A DNA stretch of 56,163 bases from an uncultured Methanosarcinales archaeon (lineage in GTDB: Archaea > Nanobdellota > Nanobdellia > Woesearchaeales > UBA10216): contig CAZDCW010000001.1 of assembly GCA_964504135.1 (NCBI GenBank), positions 90,667 through 146,829 on the forward strand, read 5' to 3'. Of the stretch, positions 16,022-23,740 are shown piece after piece; position 1 is the first letter of the stretch; the number at the start of each line of letters is the position of its first letter. The position numbers and the translations under genes were made by a program. Under the pieces are notes generated by a model. That model was not told the DNA's origin. It did no database searches and saw only the letters and a program-made list of their open reading frames with translations.

Positions 16022-17239
16022 ATGTCACTAGCCTGCACAGAGGCTGAAGAAACCTTTTTATACACGCCAGGGGCATTGATTGCCATGGAATCAGGGGAGG
16101 TTACCACCGGGGCTGACAAGCTCGTTGCATTGGTTTCTGGGAGGAAGCGCATTTCAACGGTTGACGCGGCTAAGGAGCTTTCTGTTCCAAGGGTGGTCAT
16201 TGAGGAGTGGGCTGACTTTCTGCATGAGAAGGGCATTATTGATGTTGAGTACAAGTTCACAACTCCTTTTTTGGTGAAGAGGGAGTTCACCAAGGAGGAG
16301 ATTTCCAGGAAGTCAAAGGATTTTGAGAGCAAGAAGGACGTTTTCATCAGGCAGGTTGAGTCTGCCATTGGGACCCTTAACAAGGAGTCCTTTGGCCTGC
16401 GCCGCGTGAAGGAGGAGTTTTCCAGGCTCAGCGCAGAGCTGGAGGAGGATGTCAAGAAGGTCAGGGGCGAGCTTGCCACGCTTCAGAACTATGAGGATTT
16501 GAAGCGTAACATTGACAGGCAGATTCTTGACCAGCAGCAGTCTTTCAAGAGGCAGATGGAGCAGGTTGAGTCCCAGATTCTTGGCAGCCAGAAAAGCTAT
16601 GATGAGCTGGTTAATCACATCAGGGAGCAGGAGCTTAAGCTTGATGAGGAGGTGCAGAAGGCTGACTTGATAAAGAAAAATGAGCTTATTTTGAAGGAGC
16701 GGGTGGCCAAGATTGAGGAGGCTGTGAGGGATATGAAGAAGCAGCTTCAGGATGAGGACTCTGATTTGGAGGCTTTAAGGCAGAATATCATGAGGATGAA
16801 GAGGTTCGGTGAGCAGATAAGGAAGGGCATTGAGTTGAGGAAGAGGGAATTTGCGCCTTTGCTTGAGAAGAAGCGCCAGCATCAGAAGCGGATTGAGGAC
16901 GTGCAGGCTAAGATTCTGGGCAAGGTTGCCCAGGCAAAGTCCAGGGTGGTTGACACTGTTTCCGCCAGCCGGTCTGCCAGGGAGGCGTTTGAGCGTTTTT
17001 TCAAGGAGAAGGTCAATATTGACATTCTGATGGACAGGATTAACACTGACTTCGCAAAGCTTAGGGCCGAGCTTGCCGGGATTGTGCAGGAGGCAAGGCT
17101 TATGGAGCTTACCGGCGCTCCAAAGGGGCATATTGAGGAGCTTGAGCAGAGGTTTGACGCTGCCCATAGGAAGCGGGAGAAGTTTGAGGCCGAGATTTTT
17201 GAGCTTGGCAGGCTTATCAAGGGCAAGGTTAATAAGTAG
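16022..17239 (+). CDS. winged-helix plus long coiled-coil protein, first gene of the pilus assembly operon
   Basis: GADKLVALVSGRKRISTVDAAKELSVPRVVIEEWADFLHEKGIIDVEY looks wHTH-like. The remaining ~330 aa are heptad-rich in E/K/R/Q/L. The start is uncertain (TTG 15956, ATG 16022, ATG 16085). Confidence 0.6.
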   Translation: MSLACTEAEETFLYTPGALIAMESGEVTTGADKLVALVSGRKRISTVDAAKELSVPRVVIEEWADFLHEKGIIDVEYKFTTPFLVKREFTKEEISRKSKDFESKKDVFIRQVESAIGTLNKESFGLRRVKEEFSRLSAELEEDVKKVRGELATLQNYEDLKRNIDRQILDQQQSFKRQMEQVESQILGSQKSYDELVNHIREQELKLDEEVQKADLIKKNELILKERVAKIEEAVRDMKKQLQDEDSDLEALRQNIMRMKRFGEQIRKGIELRKREFAPLLEKKRQHQKRIEDVQAKILGKVAQAKSRVVDTVSASRSAREAFERFFKEKVNIDILMDRINTDFAKLRAELAGIVQEARLMELTGAPKGHIEELEQRFDAAHRKREKFEAEIFELGRLIKGKVNK

Positions 17240-17252
17240 TTTACAAAAGCTT

Positions 17253-18827
17253 ATGATTACCAAAAAAGAGGGCGGCGTGGCTAGGAATAATGGAGCTTCA
17301 AAGGAGGTTGTAAAGCCAGCCAGGGCTGAGGCAAGGCAGGATTCAAAGAAGCTTCTGGAGTCTTACGGCTTTATTGCCAACAAGATTCCTATTACTGTGA
17401 ATATCTTCAGCGTCAAGGGCAGCTTTGTTCCTGTTTATGAGGCTTCTGTGTCTAAAATCAGCCCTACAACTGAGATTATCCTTGAGAAGATAAGGCACAT
17501 GCTTGTTCAGGAGGTCAGCCTGGGCATGGTGGATATTCTTGAGATCAGGAAGACAGGGATTATTGAGCAGAGCTTCCGCGATACTATTGAGGTCCTGGTT
17601 AAGAAGCATTTTCCTGATGCCACGAAGGAGACTCTTGAGCTTCTTACCGCTTATCTCATTCAGAAATCTCTTGGGATGGGCAATATTGAGATTCTGATGG
17701 GCGATGGCAATCTTGAGGAGGTGGCGATTAACAGCGCTGAGGAGCCTGTCTGGGTGTATCACAGGAGGCGTGGCTGGCTTAAGACCAACATCGGCATTGA
17801 GTCCGAAGACCAGATTAGGCATTTTGCCGCGATGATTGGCAGGAAGGTTGGCAGGCAGATTACAATCCTTGAGCCTTTGATGGACGCAAACCTCAGCTCT
17901 GGCGACAGGGTCAACGCCACCATTAATCCGGTTTCGCTTCGGGGCAATACCCTCACCCTTAGGAAGTTTGCCTCCAAGCCATGGACCATCACTGACTTTA
18001 TTGAGGCAAAATCAATTTCAGTTGAGGCTGCCGCACTGCTGTGGCTGGCTGTGCAGTTTGAGCTTTCAGCCATAATCTCAGGGGGCACTGCATCAGGAAA
18101 GACTTCTGCGCTTAATGTCCTTTCAAACTTCTTCCCGCCAAACCAGAGGATTATCAGCATTGAGGACACTCATGAGCTTCAGCTTCCGAAGTTCCTCCAT
18201 TGGGTTCCTATGCTTACCCGCCTGCCTAATGTGGAGGGGAAGGGCGGCGTCAGCATGCTTGACCTGCTGGTTAACTCCCTTAGGATGAGGCCTGACCGGA
18301 TTATTGTGGGTGAGATTAGGCGTAAGAAGGAGGCTGAGGTGCTTTTTGAGGCAATCCACACAGGCCACAGCGTCTATGCGACTTTGCACGCCAACAGTGC
18401 CAAGGAGACTGTCAACCGCCTGACTAATCCGCCGATTGAGGTTCCTAAGTCAATGATTCCTGCTGTCAGCCTTCTGCTTGTGCAGTACAGGAACAGGAGG
18501 ACGGGCATAAGGAGGACCTTCCAGATTGCCGAGATTCTTCCTGACGCAACTCCTAATGTGCTTTTGCAGCTTGACATCAAGAAGGATGAGCTTGTAAAGG
18601 CGAATGAGTCAACAGCCCTCATGGACACGCTTGAGCTTTACACCGGCATGGGCAGGAAGGAGATGGCCGCAAACCTTGCTGAGAAGCAGGAGGTTCTGAA
18701 CTGGCTTGTCAGGCATAAGATTAACACTGTTGACAGCGTGGGCAGGGTCATGGCTGAGTATTACACTGACAAGGATTCCCTTATGTCCTTTGTAAAGGCT
18801 GACAAGCCCCTTCAGCTTGAAAAATGA
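17253..18827 (+). CDS. type II/IV secretion-family ATPase (GspE/FlaI/PilB/EpdL-like)
   Basis: Walker A GGTASGKTS (18081-18107), RIISIEDTHEL, RPDRIIVGEIRRKKEAEVLFEAIHTGHSVYATLHANS. ATG 17253 was chosen because the track start 17073 lies inside the upstream gene. Confidence 0.9.
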   Translation: MITKKEGGVARNNGASKEVVKPARAEARQDSKKLLESYGFIANKIPITVNIFSVKGSFVPVYEASVSKISPTTEIILEKIRHMLVQEVSLGMVDILEIRKTGIIEQSFRDTIEVLVKKHFPDATKETLELLTAYLIQKSLGMGNIEILMGDGNLEEVAINSAEEPVWVYHRRRGWLKTNIGIESEDQIRHFAAMIGRKVGRQITILEPLMDANLSSGDRVNATINPVSLRGNTLTLRKFASKPWTITDFIEAKSISVEAAALLWLAVQFELSAIISGGTASGKTSALNVLSNFFPPNQRIISIEDTHELQLPKFLHWVPMLTRLPNVEGKGGVSMLDLLVNSLRMRPDRIIVGEIRRKKEAEVLFEAIHTGHSVYATLHANSAKETVNRLTNPPIEVPKSMIPAVSLLLVQYRNRRTGIRRTFQIAEILPDATPNVLLQLDIKKDELVKANESTALMDTLELYTGMGRKEMAANLAEKQEVLNWLVRHKINTVDSVGRVMAEYYTDKDSLMSFVKADKPLQLEK

Positions 18828-19639
18828 CTGCAACCGTCTTCAGGATTATCGCCAGCAAGCTGCCTGGCATCGGGCTTAAGCTGAGGCAGGCAGGCTTTAT
18901 GGATGAGCCTGCTGTGTTTGTGCAGAAGACCGCGATGTCCGCCTTTTACCTTACAACCGGCCTGATGCTGGTCACAGGCGTGCTTTTGACACAGCTTAAT
19001 GTCCTGGAGAAGGCCATTTTCTTCCTTGCCCCTTTGATGTTCATTCTCACCTTCGCCTATTTCCTTAAGGCGCCTGATGTTATCATTATGAGGAAGGAGA
19101 AGGAGATTAACAGGGAGATTGTGTTTGCAGGCCGCTTTCTTGTTATTGAGATGAAGTCCGGCGTTCCTGTCTATAATGCCATGCGGGCTGTGGCCCTGAA
19201 CTATGAGACCACTGGAAAGTATTTCCAGGAGATTATTGACAAGGTTGACCTGGGCATCCCTATGGAGGAGGCGTTGAATGAGCAGATTGAGTTCACACCT
19301 TCTGCCAATTTCAGGAAGCTTCTCTGGCAGATTCTCAACTCCATGAGGACTGGCTCGGATATTTCGCTGAGCATTAACGCAACCGTAGACCAGATTGCAA
19401 AGGAGCAGGTGATTGAGATTAGGGAGTATGGGAGGAAGCTTAACCCCCTGGCCATGTTTTACCTCATTATTGCGGTTATCATGCCGTCGATTGGGCTTAT
19501 CATGCTTGTCATCACCGCATCTTTCCTCTCCCTTAGCCTTGACATTGGCGCATTGCTGGCAATTGCCGGCCTTGTGGGCGCTATTCAGCTGATGTTCCTG
19601 ATGATTATCAAGTCTTCAAGGCCCTCGGTGGAGGTTTGA
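18824..19639 (+). CDS. T2SSF-domain platform membrane protein (TadB/EpdJ-like, single domain)
   Basis: ATGA overlap with the ATPase stop. FAGRFLVIEMKSGVPVYNAMRAV...GIPMEEALNEQ...FRKLLWQILNSMRTGSDIS is flanked by TM segments. Confidence 0.8.
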   Translation: MTATVFRIIASKLPGIGLKLRQAGFMDEPAVFVQKTAMSAFYLTTGLMLVTGVLLTQLNVLEKAIFFLAPLMFILTFAYFLKAPDVIIMRKEKEINREIVFAGRFLVIEMKSGVPVYNAMRAVALNYETTGKYFQEIIDKVDLGIPMEEALNEQIEFTPSANFRKLLWQILNSMRTGSDISLSINATVDQIAKEQVIEIREYGRKLNPLAMFYLIIAVIMPSIGLIMLVITASFLSLSLDIGALLAIAGLVGAIQLMFLMIIKSSRPSVEV

Positions 19640-20763
19640 TTATGGCTGAAGCTCCAAAAAAGGCCTTCCTGCAAAGGTTTTTTGGCAGTGAGGGGATTCT
19701 GAAGGGCTTCAGGAAGGTTTCAAGGGAAACAGACTTCAAGAGGCTTGACCGCAGGGAGATTCTGCGCAGGAAGCAGCCCAGGCGGATTTTTCTTGTCAAG
19801 TATTATCTTGAGCGTGCAGGGTTTAAGGCCAGTGCAAGGATTCCTGTTTACGTTTTCAGGCTGGCAGTTTTTGTGAATTTCATAATTTCCGCCTATTTTG
19901 TTTATAGGTTTTCAACTGACCTGAAGATAGGCCTTTTATACGTGACTGTGGTGATGGCTGTAATCTGGGTTTTTGTCTTCGCCGCTATTCTTTTCCTGGT
20001 TTGGCTGCTGCTTTATGTCATGCTTGACTTGAGGATTTTCAAGAGGCGTGTTGGCATTGAGGAGGTTCTGCCTGACTTTCTTCAGCTTACCTCGGCTAAC
20101 ATCCGCGCTGGCATGACTATTGACAAGGCGCTCTGGTACGCGGTCAGGCCAAGGTTCGGCGTGCTCGCGAATGAGATTGAGATGGTGGCCAAGGAGACCA
20201 TGGCTGGCGAGGACCTTGAGGCAGCCCTTAAGCGGTTTACTGACAAGTATGATTCGCTGGTGCTTAAGCGGGCGATGAATCTGCTGATTGAGAGCTATAA
20301 TGCTGGCGGCGAGATTGGTGATGTGCTTAACAAGATTGCTGACAACATCAAGGAGAATCAGATTATGAAGAAGGAGATGTCAGCCAACGTCACCACTTAC
20401 GCCATCTTCATAGGTTTTGCGACTGTTGTCGCTTCCCCTATCCTTTTCGCGCTGTCAGGCCAGTTCCTGAATGTCATTAAGGACATCATGGGCAAGGTTG
20501 ACTTCGCTGAGCTCCAGAAGACTCCTGGCCTTGGCTTTTCATTTAACTTCTCCCCTAGTTCCATATCGCAGGCCGACTTCACCATTTTTGCCGTTGTCAG
20601 CCTGATAATCACTTCCTTCTTTTCAGCGGCGATAGTGGCCACAATCAGGAAGGGTGATGTCCGCTCCGGTCTGGGTTACTTTCCGGTGTTTGTAGGAATC
20701 ACCCTGTCGCTTTACTTTGCCTCAACCTTTGCCTTCAATTTCCTGTTCAAGGGGCTGTTTTAG
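19636..20763 (+). CDS. T2SSF-domain platform membrane protein (TadC/EpdK-like, single domain)
   Basis: ATGA overlap with the upstream gene. LPDFLQLTSANIRAGMTIDKALWYAV...MAGEDLEAALKRF...LKRAMNLLIESYNAGGEIGDVL plus several TM segments. Confidence 0.8.
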   Translation: MIMAEAPKKAFLQRFFGSEGILKGFRKVSRETDFKRLDRREILRRKQPRRIFLVKYYLERAGFKASARIPVYVFRLAVFVNFIISAYFVYRFSTDLKIGLLYVTVVMAVIWVFVFAAILFLVWLLLYVMLDLRIFKRRVGIEEVLPDFLQLTSANIRAGMTIDKALWYAVRPRFGVLANEIEMVAKETMAGEDLEAALKRFTDKYDSLVLKRAMNLLIESYNAGGEIGDVLNKIADNIKENQIMKKEMSANVTTYAIFIGFATVVASPILFALSGQFLNVIKDIMGKVDFAELQKTPGLGFSFNFSPSSISQADFTIFAVVSLIITSFFSAAIVATIRKGDVRSGLGYFPVFVGITLSLYFASTFAFNFLFKGLF

Positions 20764-21096
20764 GCACTGTTCGGCAGCCCTGTATCTGATTCCCCGGATC
20801 TGGTTCCAGGAGTATGCAAACGGCTCAAGAATCCTTCTTATTCCGGTATACCTTGACCTGTGCTCTTTCACTATCTGCTGCGCCTCCTCAGGGTGGATTG
20901 CGAAGTATGCGTCAAACAGCTTTCTGAAGCTGTCAGGAAGCAGGGCTGCTGTCATGATATCTGCCTCATTCTTTGGCGTGTCGTACCGTTCGAAAATCCT
21001 TCTGTATGCTTCCTCTATTGCCGCTTCGCCTGTCAGCCCCCTGTATTCTATGCCATTAGTAGGCCGAGCCTGTTCTTCCACTTTGTTCACCTCCAT
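20722..21096 (-). CDS. hypothetical protein (124 aa)
   Basis: ORF with backbone-like composition and no recognisable motif. Its 3' end overlaps the convergent T2SSF gene by 42 nt. Confidence 0.45.
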   Translation of the reverse strand: MEVNKVEEQARPTNGIEYRGLTGEAAIEEAYRRIFERYDTPKNEADIMTAALLPDSFRKLFDAYFAIHPEEAQQIVKEHRSRYTGIRRILEPFAYSWNQIRGIRYRAAEQCLKQPLEQEIEGKG

Positions 21097-21512
21097 AGTG
21101 AAAATTTTTTTGTCAGCTCAGTCGCCTTTTTCCAGTCTCCGAAAAGGCAGATTCCATAATATTCAAGGTCCTCTTCCTTCGTCGCCCTCGTTTTTTTGTG
21201 CTGGTCAATGTAGGTTTCCCCAATCATGGTATTTGTGAAATCAGTGATTTGCAGGCTGTTTTCAATGGCGGCATTGCGCAGGCTCCTGATTTGCGCCGGG
21301 CTGGCCCTTAGGATTATGAATGGGATATCTGATATTGCGGGGTGTTTGCCCCCGTCTGCGTCTGTATAGTCCTGCAGCCTGAGCTCCTCCTTTTCTTGTG
21401 CAGCCCCCGCAATGCCAAGGGCCATGTGCGCCAGAGCATTCATTGCCCGGCCTGTCTCAAGCTTCCAGTTCAGCACTGCCACAAGCTTCTTTTCAAATGG
21501 CCTGAATTCCAT
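21087..21512 (-). CDS. DUF2000-family protein
   Basis: KKLVAVLNWKLETGRAMNALAHMALGIAG...YTDADGGKHPAISDIPFIILRA...LEYYGICLFGDWKKATELTKKFSLW matches the DUF2000 pattern as I recall it. Confidence 0.7.
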   Translation of the reverse strand: MEFRPFEKKLVAVLNWKLETGRAMNALAHMALGIAGAAQEKEELRLQDYTDADGGKHPAISDIPFIILRASPAQIRSLRNAAIENSLQITDFTNTMIGETYIDQHKKTRATKEEDLEYYGICLFGDWKKATELTKKFSLWR

Positions 21513-21563
21513 AACAAGTGGTGGAAGCCGCTTGGATTTTATTTTATTGTAGACTATGGTCTA

Positions 21564-22199
21564 TTATCGGGCCAGAAACTCTGCAATTATTTTGTTTTCA
21601 GCTTTGCGCAGGTGGGAGAGGAAGACAGTCTTTGGTATTTTTACGAGATTGCATATCTCAGTGGCAGTCTTTTTTCTTGGCCACTGGTAATACCCGAAAT
21701 GCTGGGCGTAGTTAATGGTTTCCCTTTGCCTCGGGGTAAGCGGGTTGCTGATTTTTTCCTCTTTAAGGTAGTTTATGTGCACTGGATGCCTCTTCCTCAG
21801 ATAGTTGTACACTGCGGCAATGTTTTTCCTGTCAGCAGTCCCTAAAGTCCATATCTCATATTTCCCTTCAAAGCGGGTGGGGGCTGCAGGAAAGCATTCA
21901 TGGCTGAAGAACAAATCCGAGAATTGGGATGTCCGCCTGTCCTTTTTTGTAATTATCCTTATGTAAATGCCCTGGTCATCTTCGCTCAGGGTTTCTGCCT
22001 TCAGCACGTCTTTCCTTTTTTCCAGGTATTCGGTTATCTTCCTGAATTTTTTCAGGCCTCCTCTGGCTAGCAGGATGTGTGCCACCTTACTCCCTACCCA
22101 TCTGCAGTCCACCGAGCAAAACTTGTACTCAGGGAATTTTACGCTTATTTCCGACCCCCAGCATGTTCTGTGGTGGATTTTTAGTTCAACTTTATGCAT
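21564..22199 (-). CDS. HTH_10 (Bat-type) family transcriptional regulator
   Basis: The C-terminal LTPRQRETINYAQHFGYYQWPRKKTATEICNLVKIPKTVFLSHLRKAENKII is the archaeal HTH_10 motif. Confidence 0.75.
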   Translation of the reverse strand: MHKVELKIHHRTCWGSEISVKFPEYKFCSVDCRWVGSKVAHILLARGGLKKFRKITEYLEKRKDVLKAETLSEDDQGIYIRIITKKDRRTSQFSDLFFSHECFPAAPTRFEGKYEIWTLGTADRKNIAAVYNYLRKRHPVHINYLKEEKISNPLTPRQRETINYAQHFGYYQWPRKKTATEICNLVKIPKTVFLSHLRKAENKIIAEFLAR

Positions 22200-22225
22200 T
22201 TTTTCTAAGGGGTTAATTTGCCTGA

Positions 22226-22633
22226 TTACAGCACAGCCATAGGCTTTGTATTCTCAATCACTGTCTTGTATGCAGCCGCGACTATGGCTTCAATTTCACT
22301 TTTTTGAGCGGTCAGGTAAGGCCCGGTTAGTTCATCCTCTTGTTCCAGTAATGGTTTTGCGTAGTTGGCCAGGAAAGCCCGCATCAGGTCGTCTTCTGTC
22401 CAGCTTATTCTGATTTCATCCTGCAGTTCCACTATGTTCATTCCAGAGAGGTTTCCTCCCCTGCTGCCTTGTATGAACAGCTTTGAGCCGCCCAGATGCG
22501 GCTGCATGAACAGTATGGGGTGAGCATAAACCCTGTTTGCAATGTAAAGCCCTCCAATGCCTGTCCTCTCGTAAAGCTCAAACGATATCCTGGTTTGCGG
22601 GATATACTCCCTGGCAAGATCCGCTAGTCCCAT
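22226..22633 (-). CDS. hypothetical soluble protein, last gene of the pilin operon
   Basis: 135-aa ORF starting 4 nt after the upstream stop. No TM segment and no recognised motif. Confidence 0.55.
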   Translation of the reverse strand: MGLADLAREYIPQTRISFELYERTGIGGLYIANRVYAHPILFMQPHLGGSKLFIQGSRGGNLSGMNIVELQDEIRISWTEDDLMRAFLANYAKPLLEQEDELTGPYLTAQKSEIEAIVAAAYKTVIENTKPMAVL

Positions 22634-22637
22634 TTCT

Positions 22638-23594
22638 TCACCCCATCTGGCTGGCTATGCTCCTGACCTGGTATTTGTCCAGGTGTGCTTCGTCTATTAT
22701 GAGCCATGGCTCATAGGTGTTGTTTATCTTGTAGAGTCCGCTTGTTGACAGGTTTCCGAAGTACACGTAGTCTATCATGCTCCTTTTGTACTGTTGCACT
22801 CCCTTTTGCTGGAGGTCTGGCACGCTTACAAAGCTTTCTATTCCGTATGCTGAGCTGTTGTAGTTGCCTTCCAGCCTCATCAGGAAGCTGGGCGCTGATG
22901 TGCTGTTCGCGTAGTAATTCCCGTCTATGTGGCTTCTCAGGTTTGTGGTGTCTGTTCCGCTTGCGTAGTTCCCCTCATAGGTCGTCCCGTTTACTGTCCT
23001 TATTATCTTTCCCTGGGTGTGGCTGCTAAATGTGGGGTCTTCCAGCCCGGTTACTGGTATCTCTGCCTTTATTGTCTCGTTGAAGATGAAGGAGGCAGTG
23101 CCTATGTTGTCTGTTATGTTTGCGCTTATGTTTGACTCAACAAGCAGCGTCCAGGGGTCCTTGTGGCTTATTTCCAGGCTGTTCACTGAGAAGTTGGCGA
23201 TGAGCCCTGTTTCAGTTGCCTTGGAGTTTATCCTTGCCACCCAGTCAGGGAATGTTGACTGCTGCATCAGGCTCATTGACTGGTTGCTTATGGTTCCGAT
23301 TGTTACCGCTTCCCTGAAGCTCAGTTTGCTGTCGTTCAGCAGGGTTCCTTTTGTGGTTATGAACTCCTCCATGCTCATTATGGCGCGGAATGAGCTGATG
23401 TAGAGGCCTCTTTCCATGTCGTCCTTGACTGTCTTGGTGAATTCGTTGAGCGTGCTTATCCTTGCGTCTGATACTGCCCTGTCTGTTGGCCTGTACTTGG
23501 TCTGGTATGATATTGTGACAGCCAGCGCAAGGAGGAGGATAGCCGCTGTTATCGTGAAGAAGGCTGCTTTCTTGTATAAGGCGGGCTTTTTCAT
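22638..23594 (-). CDS. N-terminally anchored pilus-associated protein (318 aa)
   Basis: The start was taken at MKKPALYKKAAFFTITAAILLLALAVTISY (short basic n-region plus a hydrophobic helix). The rest is extracytoplasmic-looking and N/S/T-rich. The track's 5' extension overlaps the upstream gene. Confidence 0.6.
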   Translation of the reverse strand: MKKPALYKKAAFFTITAAILLLALAVTISYQTKYRPTDRAVSDARISTLNEFTKTVKDDMERGLYISSFRAIMSMEEFITTKGTLLNDSKLSFREAVTIGTISNQSMSLMQQSTFPDWVARINSKATETGLIANFSVNSLEISHKDPWTLLVESNISANITDNIGTASFIFNETIKAEIPVTGLEDPTFSSHTQGKIIRTVNGTTYEGNYASGTDTTNLRSHIDGNYYANSTSAPSFLMRLEGNYNSSAYGIESFVSVPDLQQKGVQQYKRSMIDYVYFGNLSTSGLYKINNTYEPWLIIDEAHLDKYQVRSIASQMG

Positions 23595-23740
23595 TGAGGC
23601 GCAGTTTGGCTTGTTAATCCTATAGGCAGGCAACAATGTTGGCGAGCCGGGGGATGCCCCATCCGGGGTGGCGAGAGCGCCGCAGCGCGTCCAACCATTG
23701 CTGTTGCCTGCCCTTTGTTTCTTAAACTTGATTTGCCACT

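Noticed and set aside
15672-16031. 119-aa plus-strand ORF across the AbrB-like gene.
   Set aside because: It is antisense to a clear SpoVT/AbrB motif and is S/I/A-rich junk.
17073-17252. 5' extension of the secretion ATPase ORF.
   Set aside because: It lies inside the 3' end of the coiled-coil gene in another frame. ATG 17253 follows that gene's stop and gives a normal-length ATPase.
20722-20763. 42-nt convergent overlap of the T2SSF gene and the 124-aa ORF as a possible antisense regulatory feature.
   Set aside because: The 124-aa ORF is weakly supported and its true stop-proximal region is uncertain. The overlap may be an annotation artefact.
20717-21238. 173-aa plus-strand ORF overlapping two minus-strand ORFs.
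   Set aside because: Its composition is S/C/L/F-rich with no motif. The opposite strand encodes a recognisable DUF2000 protein, so it is treated as a shadow ORF. The 124-aa minus ORF itself remains only moderately supported.
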